DNA of 58,073 nucleotides from positions 67,564,828 through 67,622,900 of the forward strand of contig NC_058132.1 in assembly GCF_016433145.1 (NCBI RefSeq). The letters are read 5' to 3'. The notes under the pieces were generated by a model, which was not told the DNA's origin, made no database searches, and was given only the letters and a program-made list of their open reading frames with translations. The translations under genes and the position numbers were made by a program. The DNA is from Gracilinanus agilis (lineage: Eukaryota). Below, piece by piece: positions 47,303-58,073 of this stretch (within the stretch, counting starts at the first letter, position 1; each line of letters starts with the position of its first letter).

Positions 47303-48745
47303 CACAGTGCTGGAAGAACTATGGGAAAAGGTTTGCAATATTATACAGGAGGCAGCAACAAAAAAAAGTCCCAAAGAAAAAGCAGAGCAAGAAAGCAAAA
47401 TGGCTGTGTGATGAGGCTTTACAGATAGCTGAGGAAAGAGGGAAAGAAAAAAGAAAAGGAGAAAGATCTCCAGACTCGGTGTAGAATTCCACAGAACAGC
47501 AAGGAGAGATAAGAAGGTTTTCTTAAATAAGCAATGCAAAGAATAGAAGAAAGCAATAGAATGGGAAAGACAGATCCCTTCAAGAAAATTAGAGACCTTA
47601 GGGGAAACTTTCAAACAAAAAAATGGGTGTGATAAAAGACAAAAATGGTAAAGACTTGACAGAAATAGGAGAAATTAAGAATAGATGGCAGAACAAATTC
47701 AGAAGAACCATACAAAAAAGATCTCAGCATCTGCAGGATTACCCAAGATGGACATGTCATAGTAGAGAGTTCCAACAGACTAAAGCCTGTGTGTGTGTGT
47801 GGATCACAACAAAATGGCAAGTCCTCAAAGAGATAAGTGCCAGGGCATCTAATTTTTCTCCTGAGGAAACTGTATGTGGGTCAAGAAGCAACAGTTAAAC
47901 ATGGCACAATTGATTGGCTTGAGATTAGGACAGGAGTATGACAAGGCTACATAGTATCACCTTATTTATTTAACCTATGGACAGAGTACATCATGTGAAA
48001 TGCTAGGCTAGATGAATCAAAAGCCAGAATTGAGGCTGCCCAGAGAAATATCAGCAATCTCAGACAATATCACCAATGGCAAGAAAGTGAAAAAAAATTA
48101 AGAAGCCTCTTAATAAGGTTGAAATAAGAGCGTAAAAGCTGGCTTGAAGCCTAACATTAAAAAAACTAAGATCTTGGCAAGATCCCATCACTTCCTGGCA
48201 AATAGAGGGAGAAGAAATGGAAGCAGTGTCAGATTTTATATTCTTGGGCTCAAAGATCACTGCAGATAGTGACTGCAGCCACAAGAGGAAAGCTGTGGTA
48301 AATCTGGACTGCATACTAAAAAGCAGAGAAATCACCTTGCTCTATATAATCAAAGCTATGGTTTTTCTAGTAGCTACATATGGCTGTGAGAGTTGGACTA
48401 TAAGGAAAGTTGAGTGTTGAAGAATTGATGCTTTTGAATTGTGATATTGGAGCAGACTTTTGAGAGTCCCTTGGATGGCAAGGAAATCAAATCAGTCAGA
48501 ACTGAAATTTATTCAGATTATTCACTGGAAGTTCATACTTTGGCCACATAATAAGAAGACAGGATTCACTAGAAAGACCCTGTTGTTGGAAAAGATTGTA
48601 GATAAAAGGAGAAGGGATAAGAAAAAGAAACAATGAACATGAACTTGGAAGGACTTTGGGAAATAGTTGAGGATAGAAGGGCCTATCGTGCTGTGGCCCA
48701 TGGGACCATGAATTTGGACACAGCAATGACTGAATAATAATAGCA
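47303..48745 (+). mobile_element. BovB-like RTE LINE, 5'-truncated and internally deleted
   Basis: Long stretches resemble the recalled BovB consensus: aagaaaattagaga, tcaagaagcaacagtta, ggctccaaaatcactgcagat-like, agaattgatgcttttgaa, and a 3' gactgaa end. Confidence 0.88.
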
Positions 48746-50653
48746 AGGTGAATGGGTATTGACAACTTCTGCAGTCTCTATCCTGGGCAAGGCAGTCCTG
48801 GGCCTGCCCTCATACAGCTACCAACTTAGTTCAGACCCTCAATACTTTTTGCCTGAATTGTTTTTAACAGCTTTCTGAGCAGTTTTTCTGCTTCAAGTCT
48901 CTCTCTTCCCCATTCCAGTCATTCCAGTCCCCATGCCAAGAATAGGCATCTATTTGGTGTGTGTCAGGCTTCAAGATACACATTTGCTAAAGTAGGAATG
49001 CCCAATCCTGTGCTCTCATTAGAACGTAGGGTTGCTTAGGCAGTGGGGCAGTGCTCCAGATTGACTCTGCTGTTGTGCTTTCTTCTGGAAGAGGCCTCAG
49101 AAGAGTCTCATTGTAACAATCCATCCCAGGTAGTCCTGACCCTACTCTTACTCTTCTCCACCTTCTCCTACCCCAATAAAGCTCCATTGTCCCTGAGAAT
49201 GGGGTCCACAGAGCCAGCCTCTTTTGTGTGGGCTTCTCTCAAAAAAGGTCCAGGATTTCAAGTCAGATTGATCCATAGACAAGGAGAGCTTGGAACAACC
49301 ATGACTGGGTCAGAGAAGAGATAGACCATTGCTACGGTGGATAGGGCAGGGAGGAGACAGAACTGCCCAACTATTCCTTCATTTTTCTTTTCTCTCCAGT
49401 GAGAAGGAGCTTTTGGGCTGGGGAAAAAACCCCAAAGATTATTAGGGAGAACTATATTTTGGACTCTGAGAAAACTAGTAGATGTGATACTGAGTAGCTT
49501 CTCAGTGACCTCATCATTTAAACCTGAACCTTTCAGAAAAACACTTGGAATGACAGATACTATGTGCCAAATACTGGGCAAAAGGAAGCAGAGCCGCCAT
49601 GGCTCTGTTCCCCATCAAGATGACTTCTCAAACCAAAAACCCCTCTGGGGCCCCTACTCTATTCTGTGTAGTTGTATCTCCTTAAGGTCAAGAACTGCCT
49701 TGCCTTTATTTGTATCCTCCTTACTGAGAATCATCCTTCTGGCATTTGGACGTGTGCTTAGTGAATGCTTTTTCATGAATGCTTTTATTCAGTATTCAGC
49801 TATCTGGTTAGAGCTCCAACTCCATCCCTTCCCAGACTGCTGGGTTTAGCTGCTTAAGGACTCTGAATTTCAATTTCCTCGTCTGTAAAGTGAGAATGAT
49901 TCTACTTGTCTATGGCGGAATTGTGATAATCTTGCATTGTTTGCCTGACAGGTTGAAGTGAATAAATTGCTTTGTACTATATAAATATCAGCTATTGTTT
50001 TCTTTTCACATTGCCCCTTTAAAATTCAATCCAAAATATTTTAGGCAGCTCAGTACCCAGTGAATAGTGTTGGGCTTGGATTCAGGAAAAAGACCTGAGT
50101 TCAAATTCTGTTTCAGATACTAGCTGTGTGACTTCATCTCCATCTGCCTTAATTTACATATCTATAGAATGGGGATAATGAAAATCCCTACTTTCAGGTA
50201 TTTCTGTGAGGGTGAAATAAGACAATAGATGTAAAGAAGCACTTTGCCAACCTTAAAGCACTATAGATTATCCTGATTCAGGGACCAGCTCTTCATCAGC
50301 TATATAACATGCTGCCTATCCACCTCCTTCATTTTATAGGAAAGGCAGATGAGCCCCAGGGATGGGAAGTTTGGGACTGGACCCCAAGAATCCTGACTTT
50401 AAGTCCCTCCTCTTACCTCTTCTGTGGTAGCTTTTCTTAATCACTGAAACTGAGAAAACAATATGAATAGAGAAAGGAAAAGGATTTTTGTATTGAAGAC
50501 TTTAGGGATCCAAGGATCTACACTTATAATCTTGGAGAAAGGGATAAAAATACAGATTCAATTGCTAAGCAGCAGCAGACTTAAAGTTTCCCTTTTTTTT
50601 TTTTTTTTTTTGGTCTTGATGGTCCCTAATAACCATTTTTCCTTTGATTTCAG

Positions 50654-50734
50654 ACTGTAAAAGGTGGGATCTCAGAAACTCGGATTGAAAAAAGAATTGT
50701 AATCACAGGAGATGCCGACATTGATCATGATCAG
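50654..50734 (+). CDS. EPB41: Protein 4.1R exon 20 (CTD), 81 nt
   Basis: cag|ACT acceptor, CAG|gtagga donor. Encodes [27 protein letters not shown]. Confidence 0.97.
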
Positions 50735-51539
50735 GTAGGAGAGGTAAAGAACCAGTGAGGAGAGAAGCCCCTAATTAGGAATCAATCAAGTAGTAAGCAT
50801 CTATTAAGTACCTACCATATGCCAGGCATTCTGCTAAACCCTGTGGAAACCAAAAGAGGGAACAGACAGCGCCCTCCCCACCCCTCTTCCCCCAAAGAGC
50901 TTACAATCTAATGGAAATATCCCAACCAAGGCTATGGGTATTTCAGGATACCAGAGCAAAATGTGTAGGTGAGGAGCTTCTTTTCTAACTCACTCTAACT
51001 TTGGGACAGTTACTATGTGTCACTGGTTCTCATTTTCCCCCTTTTTAAATAAAGGACCTTCCAACTCTATCTAGCATTGTGTGATAAATATGTGATTTTC
51101 CTGCTTTGGGCAACTAGAGACTAAAAGGTCAGGAGTATTATTCCTGTTTATCAGCTAAGCCAAGTCAGTGCTGTACAGCCTAGAAAGGTGGAGAAGCTAT
51201 TTTTGCCTCAGGCATCATCAGCAGGATTGCCAAATTTCTAATTCCATATCCTTTCTTTCTTAGGGATGCTGTTATTCAGAAAGTCTTTTAAAATTAAAAC
51301 AAAACAAAATCTGAACTGCTAGGCTGGAAGCAGGTTTGAGATACAGAGGGCCCAGAAACCAGGGTGGTAGACCAAGGGAAAGGATTTTGCTTCTTGCCCC
51401 CAAGGAATCTGTTGAGCTATCTCACCATTCTTCCTCTTTCAGTCACTGGGAAGCAGCAGTCAAGCCGTAGTAAAACAAAACATTTCTGACAGGAGATAAT
51501 ATAGCTTGGTTACTCAGTCCCACCTCTAGGGAGAAGGGG

Positions 51540-51835
51540 AGACTATTTCACTTATGAACCTCTCTGAGTGTTAGGAAGTTTTTCTTTTATATCTACCCCA
51601 AATCAGGTTCCCTGTAACTTCTGCCTGTTAGCCCTAATTCTACCCTCTAGGGGTGAGCAAAACAAATCTAGCCTCCCCTTTGTATAGTAGTTCTAAGATA
51701 TTTGAAGATAGCTGCCTTTCTTTCTGATGCCACTAAATCTTTTCTGCTCCTTGTCTAATAGCTCCATTTACCCCAGTTAGTCTACAGATAGTGTGGTTTT
51801 GAGTACTCTCAGCATCCTGGTTGTCCTACTCTTTA

Positions 51836-51896
<61 letters not shown>

Positions 51897-52200
51897 TTCA
51901 GTTGTTTCTGACTTTCTGTGATCCCATTTGGGCTTTTCTTGGCAAAGATACCAGTTTGTGGTTTGCCATTTCCTTCTCTGGTTCATTTGACAGATGAGGA
52001 AACTGAGGCATACAGGGTGAAATGACTTGCCCAGGGTCACCCAGCTAGTAAGTTTCTGAGGCCAGATTTAAACTCAGGAAGAAGCCCAGCTTTCTATGGA
52101 CCATGGAACCACCTAGCTGCCCTACTCTTAATTCATGCCAGCTCTCATATATTGCCTAAAATGTGGTGCGTCAAACTAGACACTGTATCCTACTGTATCT
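51540..52200 (-). mobile_element. L3/CR1 fragment interrupted by a MAR1 SINE
   Basis: gaagtttttcttttatatctacc...; resumes after the SINE with tggtgcgtcaaactagacactgtatcc. Confidence 0.6.
51837..52122 (-). mobile_element. MAR1-type SINE with expanded (CAA/CAG)n tail
   Basis: Antisense MAR1 body. Tail (TTG)n(CTGTTG)n at 51837-51898. TSD-like cctactct(t)taatt on both sides. Confidence 0.85.
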
Positions 52201-52229
52201 ACTGTGTATCCAATCTTGTGCTAAATGCC

Positions 52230-54445
52230 ACAAGAGACCTAATTCCTCTAAATTCTAGTTCCTTTCCTCTATTGATTATTTCCCATTTATCTTGTATATA
52301 TTGTATATATTGTAGGTACACAGTTGTTTGCATGTTGTCTCCTCATTAGATTATGAGCTGCTTAAGGGCAGAGACTGTCTTCTGCCTCTCTTTGTATCTC
52401 CAGTACTTAGCACAGAGCCTGACACATAGTAGGTGCTTGATAAATGTTTACTGACTCACCAAGAAGAAGCATATAATATGGTCCCTGATCTCAAGCTGCT
52501 GAATTTAGTTAGGGAGACATCAGCTCTCTTCTGAACTCCAGTCCCCTACCTTACAAAATTCTAACTGGATGTCTGCCTTGATCAATGTCTTTAAATTCAG
52601 CATAAACAAAATGGAACATGTGTTTTCCTGCAAATTGCCACTTCTGCAAAACTTTCTTATTTCTGTTGAGAGACTCCTTCCATCCTCCCAGGCACCAAGC
52701 TCAATACCCTGGGAGTTAATGACTCTCCTCCCCCAACCCTTCCATTAATTGAGTTGACCCCCCATTCTATTCTCAAGGCTACAACCTTCATTACCTCATC
52801 TTTAGAGTTCCTTTATTAGCTCCTTCTTCCAGTCTCTTCTTCCTCTCTAATCTATCCTCCTCATAGCCCACCTGACAGATCTGACCCTATGACTCCTCTG
52901 TCCACAGACCTTGTTTGATTTCCTGTTGTTTACAGGATAAACATCATCTTCCCAGCCTGGCATCGAAAGCCCTCTACACTTGGTTTTCCCCTTACATGTT
53001 AGCCTTTCCAGGCTTTTTACACTTTTCTCAGCTACGCTGGCCTTTGTGTCATTCCTCTCACCCAGTACTCCGTCTATGCCTTTGCATTGCCTGTCCTCCA
53101 TGTCCAGAATGCTCTATCCCCTCACCTCTACTTCTTGATTTCCTTGACTTCCTTCAAGCCTCAGCTCAAATCCCACTCTCTGCAGGATGCCCGTCCTGGT
53201 CTTCCTCACTGCTGGGGCCTTTCCCTCTGAGATTACCTCTGAATCCCCTGTAGAGATCTTGTATGTACCTAGTAACTTACACGTTGCCCCCCATTAGATG
53301 TCGATCTCCTTAAGGGCAGAGCCTGTTTTTGTCTTCTTTGTATCCCAGGTGCTCAGCCCAGTGCCTGTCAAATAGCAGGCACCTAATAACATGCTTATTG
53401 GCTGAGTTCTTCACTCTCCACCTCAGCCTCTCAGAATCCCTCTTTTCCTTCATGGCCCAGTTCATAGGCCATGAAGTCAGTCTTTCTGTTGCTCCAGTTG
53501 GGAATGTTCTCTGCTTCCATCATATTAACTTGTACTTGTCCATGTCAGTGGACATGTATTCCCTAGTAGAGTATAAGCACCTTGAGGGCTGAGACTGTAT
53601 TCTGTATTTGTGCCCTTAATCTCTGAGCTTGACCCCTTAGTCAGCCTGCCTCTATCTCTCTTTCTCCCTTAATCTCTCTTTCCCTAATGGCTTCTTCCCT
53701 GCTGCCTATGTGTATGTCTGGGTCTATCTCCACCACATTTCTTACATTCATCCCATTTATATGACTATGATATGAGTTGGGCCCTCATCACTTCTAACCC
53801 AAATGATTATAATAGCATGCTTCCAGTCTGTTTCTAACTCTTTCCCTCCTTCCCTTCTTGCTTTCTTCTCTAGGCCTTCTTTCACATGGCTACTAAAGTA
53901 ATCTTTTTAAAGCCCAGTCCAACCATGTCATTCCTCTCCTCAAAAATCTTCAGTGGCTCTTTATTACCTTGAGGATCAGACACAAAACCTCTCAGCCTGG
54001 CTCCTACAGTTTGACTCCAACTTCTCTTGGTAGCTTTAGTTGGTTTTACTCCTTGTACTCTACATTCTTGCCAAAATGGACCACTGAGTGTTTTCTTTGC
54101 TTGGTGTTTTGTTTTTGCCCTCCATTTCTCTCTGTAGGCTGTCTTCATTCCTGGAATAGACTTTCTTCTCATTCTTAGGATCCCTAGCTTCTTTTAAAGC
54201 TTAGCTTAGGTGCTGCCCCCTACACAAAGCCTCCCTGTTCCCCCAGTCCCTTCAGCTGCTAGTTCTCTCTCCTTTCTCAGATGAGCTTTTAGTTGCTTAT
54301 CCAGGTACATGTTCTATCCCCCCAGAAGAATGCAGATTCCTTGAGAATAAGGACTCTTTTTTTTCCCCTTTTTTGCCTCGGTGTCCCCAGTGTCTAATCC
54401 AGCATATAGTAGACGATTGTCAAATGTTGCCTGAATTGAATGATG
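52230..54445 (+). mobile_element. Cluster of L2 3' fragments
   Basis: Repeated L2 ends (gcctgacacatagtaggtgcttgataaatg; gtgcctgtcaaatagcaggcacctaataac) and L2 body motifs. Confidence 0.7.
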
Positions 54446-55570
54446 CATTTAGGATGCAGATAAGTGCTAGCTTGTGATATCCAAACTGAACTCTTCTTGG
54501 CCTTAAAGAGAATTACCTCCCTGAGGGGAAGAGTGGTCAAAAAAAGGGTTAGGATTTATGAAGCTAATGCTTGAGCTGGGCTCTAAAATTCTAGAGAGTC
54601 TGTATTGGAGAAAGGCTGGGAGAGTAGCAGGATGAGTTGGCCAGAGGTGCAACAGGAACAAGACTGCTGGGCCCATGATTGAGCTTTGGGCAATAGGTTT
54701 TCATCTAGTGCCATCTCTCATCTCTGTATCCCTTCTCATTTTCTATTTGACCTTCTTGTTTTCTATCACTCAAGAATGCAGTGATGTACATATGAAAAAT
54801 TTTACAATAATCAAAGGAAAGTGCAGGGGTGAAGGGAAGCAACAGGGTTCCCCTCATAATTAGTGAAAGTTCACTGTGTCAGCTTTCTGTTTTCTCCTGT
54901 AGCTTCTTATAGCTTTTCTGATCAGATTTTTACTCCATCTTCATATGGTCAGGTCTTTCCCATTAGGTTTCCTCCTTCCCATGCTTCCCTTCTTAGTCTC
55001 CTCATTCGACTCCTGTACCAGAATACCTCTGCGTCGTCATTTTTTTTTTCCATTCTGCTGCCCCACATGTATGAAAATCATAAGAATCTTGTGAAAAAGG
55101 ATTTCACAGGTCATTTGATCCAGTTCACACCTGAGTAGGAGTCACCTATGCATTATTCCCTGTAAGTTATCATCCATCTTCTTAAAAGCTCTCCGGGGAT
55201 GGGAAATTCACCTACTCCCTCCTCCAGCCTCTTCTCTTTTTGAGCTGTTAATGCAGCTCAAATGCAGCCCTCTTCCCTTTAGTCTTACATGTTCTGTCAA
55301 TCCTCTCAGAAGCACCTAGTGAGGAAGGGTTCCCTCTCCCTTCCCTCCCCACTCCTAAAAGCAATCTTATCTTCCTACTTGTTACAGTTATCTAGCCTGG
55401 AACTTGACTTTCATCTCCTCTGACCTAATCAGATTAGATTAGTATACTTGCTGCCCTGGACTTATTAGGCCTTCAGGGAAGAAGGGATTGCCTTTACCAT
55501 AAAGATGCTTCTTCCCTTGTAAATTGGTCCAGCTGCTTTCCTTTTTAATTACTTCAACTCTCTCTCTTAG

Positions 55571-55669
55571 GTCCTCGTTCAGGCAATCAAAGAAGCTAAG
55601 GAGCAGCACCCTGACATGTCAGTGACCAAGGTCGTGGTCCATCAGGAGACAGAGATTGCCGAGGAGTAA
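55571..55669 (+). CDS. EPB41: Protein 4.1R exon 21 coding part with stop (exon ends at 55674)
   Basis: tag|GTC acceptor. Encodes VLVQAIKEAKEQHPDMSVTKVVVHQETEIAEE*. Donor CAG|gtaaga lies 5 nt after TAA. Confidence 0.97.
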   Translation, partial: VLVQAIKEAKEQHPDMSVTKVVVHQETEIAEE

Positions 55670-55976
55670 CTCAGGTAAGAAGGCATTCCTGATGGATCCT
55701 CATAATATCATTTGGGAAGATGAGGGCTTAACCTGCACCTAGTAATGTTTATCACCGTTGCCTACTGGCAGTAGTCTGTCCAGCATGGATGAACCAGCCA
55801 GAAGAGCCCCCATTCCAAAAAGAAGGCCACATGAGACATCACGAGGTGAAGACAAAGCTTAGTGTGGCTAAAGGAAGTGGGGAGAGGATAGGAAAACTTA
55901 TTTTTAACTCTAGCTCGAGAGGCTTGAAGTCAGATTCTAATCTTCTTTGTCTTCCTCTCCTGGAATAATAGAAAGA

Positions 55977-56184
55977 GGGGGCAGCTGGGTAGGTCAATGG
56001 ATTGAGAGCCAGGCCTAGAGATTCAAATCTGGCCTCAGATACTTCCCAGCTGTGTGACCCTGGGCAAGTCACTTGACCCCTATTGCCTACCCTTATCACT
56101 CTTCTGCCTTGGAGCCAATATACAGTATTGACTCCAAGATGGAAGGTAAGCATTTAAATATTTATATATATATATATAATTAAG

Positions 56185-56215
<31 letters not shown>
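55977..56215 (+). mobile_element. SINE1 (opossum-type) with (TA)n tail
   Basis: ggggcagctgggtagg...gatggaaggtaag; flanked by tagaaaga on both sides. Confidence 0.88.
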
Positions 56216-56216
<1 letters not shown>

Positions 56217-56599
56217 AGAAAGAACACTGTATCAGGAGACTGGATTCCAGCTTCAGCTGTGAGACCTTGTGAAAACCATGACCTTCAGGTTAGCATCTGA
56301 TAAGTGAAATAATAAAGGTAAAGCCCTTTGCTACCTACCCCTAAAATGCTGTAAGAGTGTAAACTATTATTATTATCTGTAAAGTGGGGAGAGTAAGCTA
56401 CTGATTTTATAGGAGTGTTCCAAGAACTATAGAAATCATTCAAGTTGAGTACTTTATAGTCAAGGCAGAATCTATCAGATGCTGCCCTTTTAAATCTCTT
56501 CAAAGACCTGGAAATTTTCATAGACTCCATGCTCACTTTGAATCTATTATACAACATGGCAGCCAAAGAAACAAACTTAATCTTAGGCTAAATGATGAG

Positions 56600-56990
56600 G
56601 AACACAGTGCCCAGAACACTTCTTACAGCTTGCCTAGATGGTACCTGATGGTGTTCAATTCTGGCCCTCATATTTTGGGAAGAATATTAACAATTTAGAG
56701 AGTATCCAAAAGAGGGTGACCAAAATTGCACCAAAGAATCAGTTGAAGTAACTGGGGGACTGTGTTCACATGGAGATGGGGCTAGACTTGTTCCGCTTGT
56801 CTTCTTTTGTCAGAATGTCTTTAGATAATTGAAGGAAATGCTAATTTGTAATTCAAGGATAGTAAAAATTGAAGTGATATTTTTTCTTATCCAAGTTCAT
56901 TGACCCCATGGGAACCTATGGGGCCCAAATTAAGAACCGTTCGACTGAATGGCCTTTCAAGTTCTAAGATTCTGGGACTTCTAGCTCTAG
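56600..56990 (+). mobile_element. L3/CR1 3' fragment
   Basis: gtgttcaattctggccctcat...gagagtatccaaaagagggtgaccaaaat. Confidence 0.6.
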
Positions 56991-57112
56991 AATTTGCCAT
57001 CTGCAACCTACTGTGTTGTTGTTAGTGGAAACCTAGCATTAGAACAAGAGCAGTGAGCTAGATTGGCTTTCTCCCTAGTCTCTCTTTGATCTGCCCTTCT
57101 CTTTTCTTCCAG

Positions 57113-58073
57113 GAATCTCACCTCACTCCTTTACCAGTCTTGGAGAAAACTATAAACAATAAGGAAACTTCCTTCAACATTCAGACTTTGGACTTTCAAG
57201 ATTTTTCCAAAATCACTGAAAATTCATCTTCCTTTGCATTTGGAATTCATGATGTGGGATTCTTCTAGGTGCCACTGAGCCTTTGCCATAGCTTTTTCTA
57301 GATTGTGATGCCAGAAACTGCTCAGCTTTTTACTCTATGGACTGTTTTTTAGCTAAGCGGTGGTGATTTTTTTCAGGGTGGCTTGCACTCCTCACTTTTT
57401 CATACCAGTTTCTGACCCAGGCACTGACCATTCCATGGGCTTTGCTGCCCACAAGAACCCTGTCCACTGTACTGGAGGAGAAATTCAGGCTATTGATCTC
57501 TGTACTTTATTGTACCCTCTTGATGACATATAGAGCTACAAAAACCAGCTCTTCACCCCTGGGGCCAGTGAGTTCATTTCATCTGCCTGATGGAAGCCTG
57601 GGGTGGTAGAGGCATCTCCCCAGTGCCTGATTGGAAGGGTATTCCTTTGGGAATTATGGGCAGAAAGCCAAACGCACACCATAACGGGCAGAGACCTCGG
57701 CTGCGAATGTAGTGTTTTTTCTAACACTTTTTTTTAAAGCTATTTCAGTAGCTGTTTAGAGCAAAGAAACTGGAACTTACTTCAAATATATGATACTGTG
57801 AATTATCAAGCACATTCATGGAACTGTCACCCACCTCCTTAACCTTTTAGCCCCTTCAGGAACAGCCTTTCCCCACCCAACACAATAGATCAAACTTTAT
57901 GGACAGGAATCTTGAAACCACAGCTGCTGACCACTCAGGTGGACTGTGCAGCATCTACCCAGCAAGGATGATCAGAAGATGCATCAAAAAATGCTTGTCC
58001 TACCTAATTGCTTCCGGAGGGACTATGGGGAGGCTTAATGAGGTGTGAGAGTAAGTCTCTGTTTCTGACCACG
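57113..58073 (+). other. EPB41: EPB41 non-coding last exon 22 (3' UTR), runs off the window
   Basis: Long pyrimidine tract ending ttccag|GAA. The following sequence (cagactttggactttcaagatt...aaatcactgaaaatt) resembles the recalled human EPB41 3' UTR start. Confidence 0.75.

Noticed and set aside
47623-48420. ORFs resembling a reverse transcriptase gene
   Set aside because: Frameshifted BovB fragments with the catalytic motif deleted; not a functional gene.
51777-52040. Minus-strand ORF with a polyglutamine run
   Set aside because: It is the MAR1 SINE body plus its (CAA/CAG)n tail; no splice or homology support.
1-58073. Prokaryote-type systems (CRISPR, operons), tRNA and rRNA genes
   Set aside because: None seen; tRNA-like A/B boxes all belong to SINE heads.

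Overview
Marsupial genomic DNA, probably a didelphid such as Monodelphis (inferred from SINE1/MAR1-type SINEs, BovB/RTE LINEs and abundant L2/L3/MIR relics). It holds the 3' half of EPB41 (protein 4.1R) on the + strand. Using human exon numbering recalled from the literature, I identify exons 13, 14, 15, 17, 17A, a 459-nt 17B-like exon, 18, 19, 20, 21 (stop) and the start of the non-coding exon 22. All have AG/GT boundaries and consistent phase. Exon 16, the erythroid spectrin-actin-binding exon, is not visible but very probably lies inside the 140-N gap (10877-11016), which is bracketed by its polypyrimidine tract and three TGCATG RBFOX sites. The best candidate for something undescribed is a possible alternative terminal exon at about 20546-20797, 1.35 kb after exon 17A. 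It is in frame with the phase-0 exons and ends in a 21-residue hydrophobic tail at the stop, which would give a tail-anchored 4.1R lacking the C-terminal domain. Other points of interest are inverted young SINE pairs bracketing exons 19 and 17B, an internally deleted BovB copy and two hAT MITEs. All identifications are by eye and from memory; no searches were run. Repeat boundaries are approximate.
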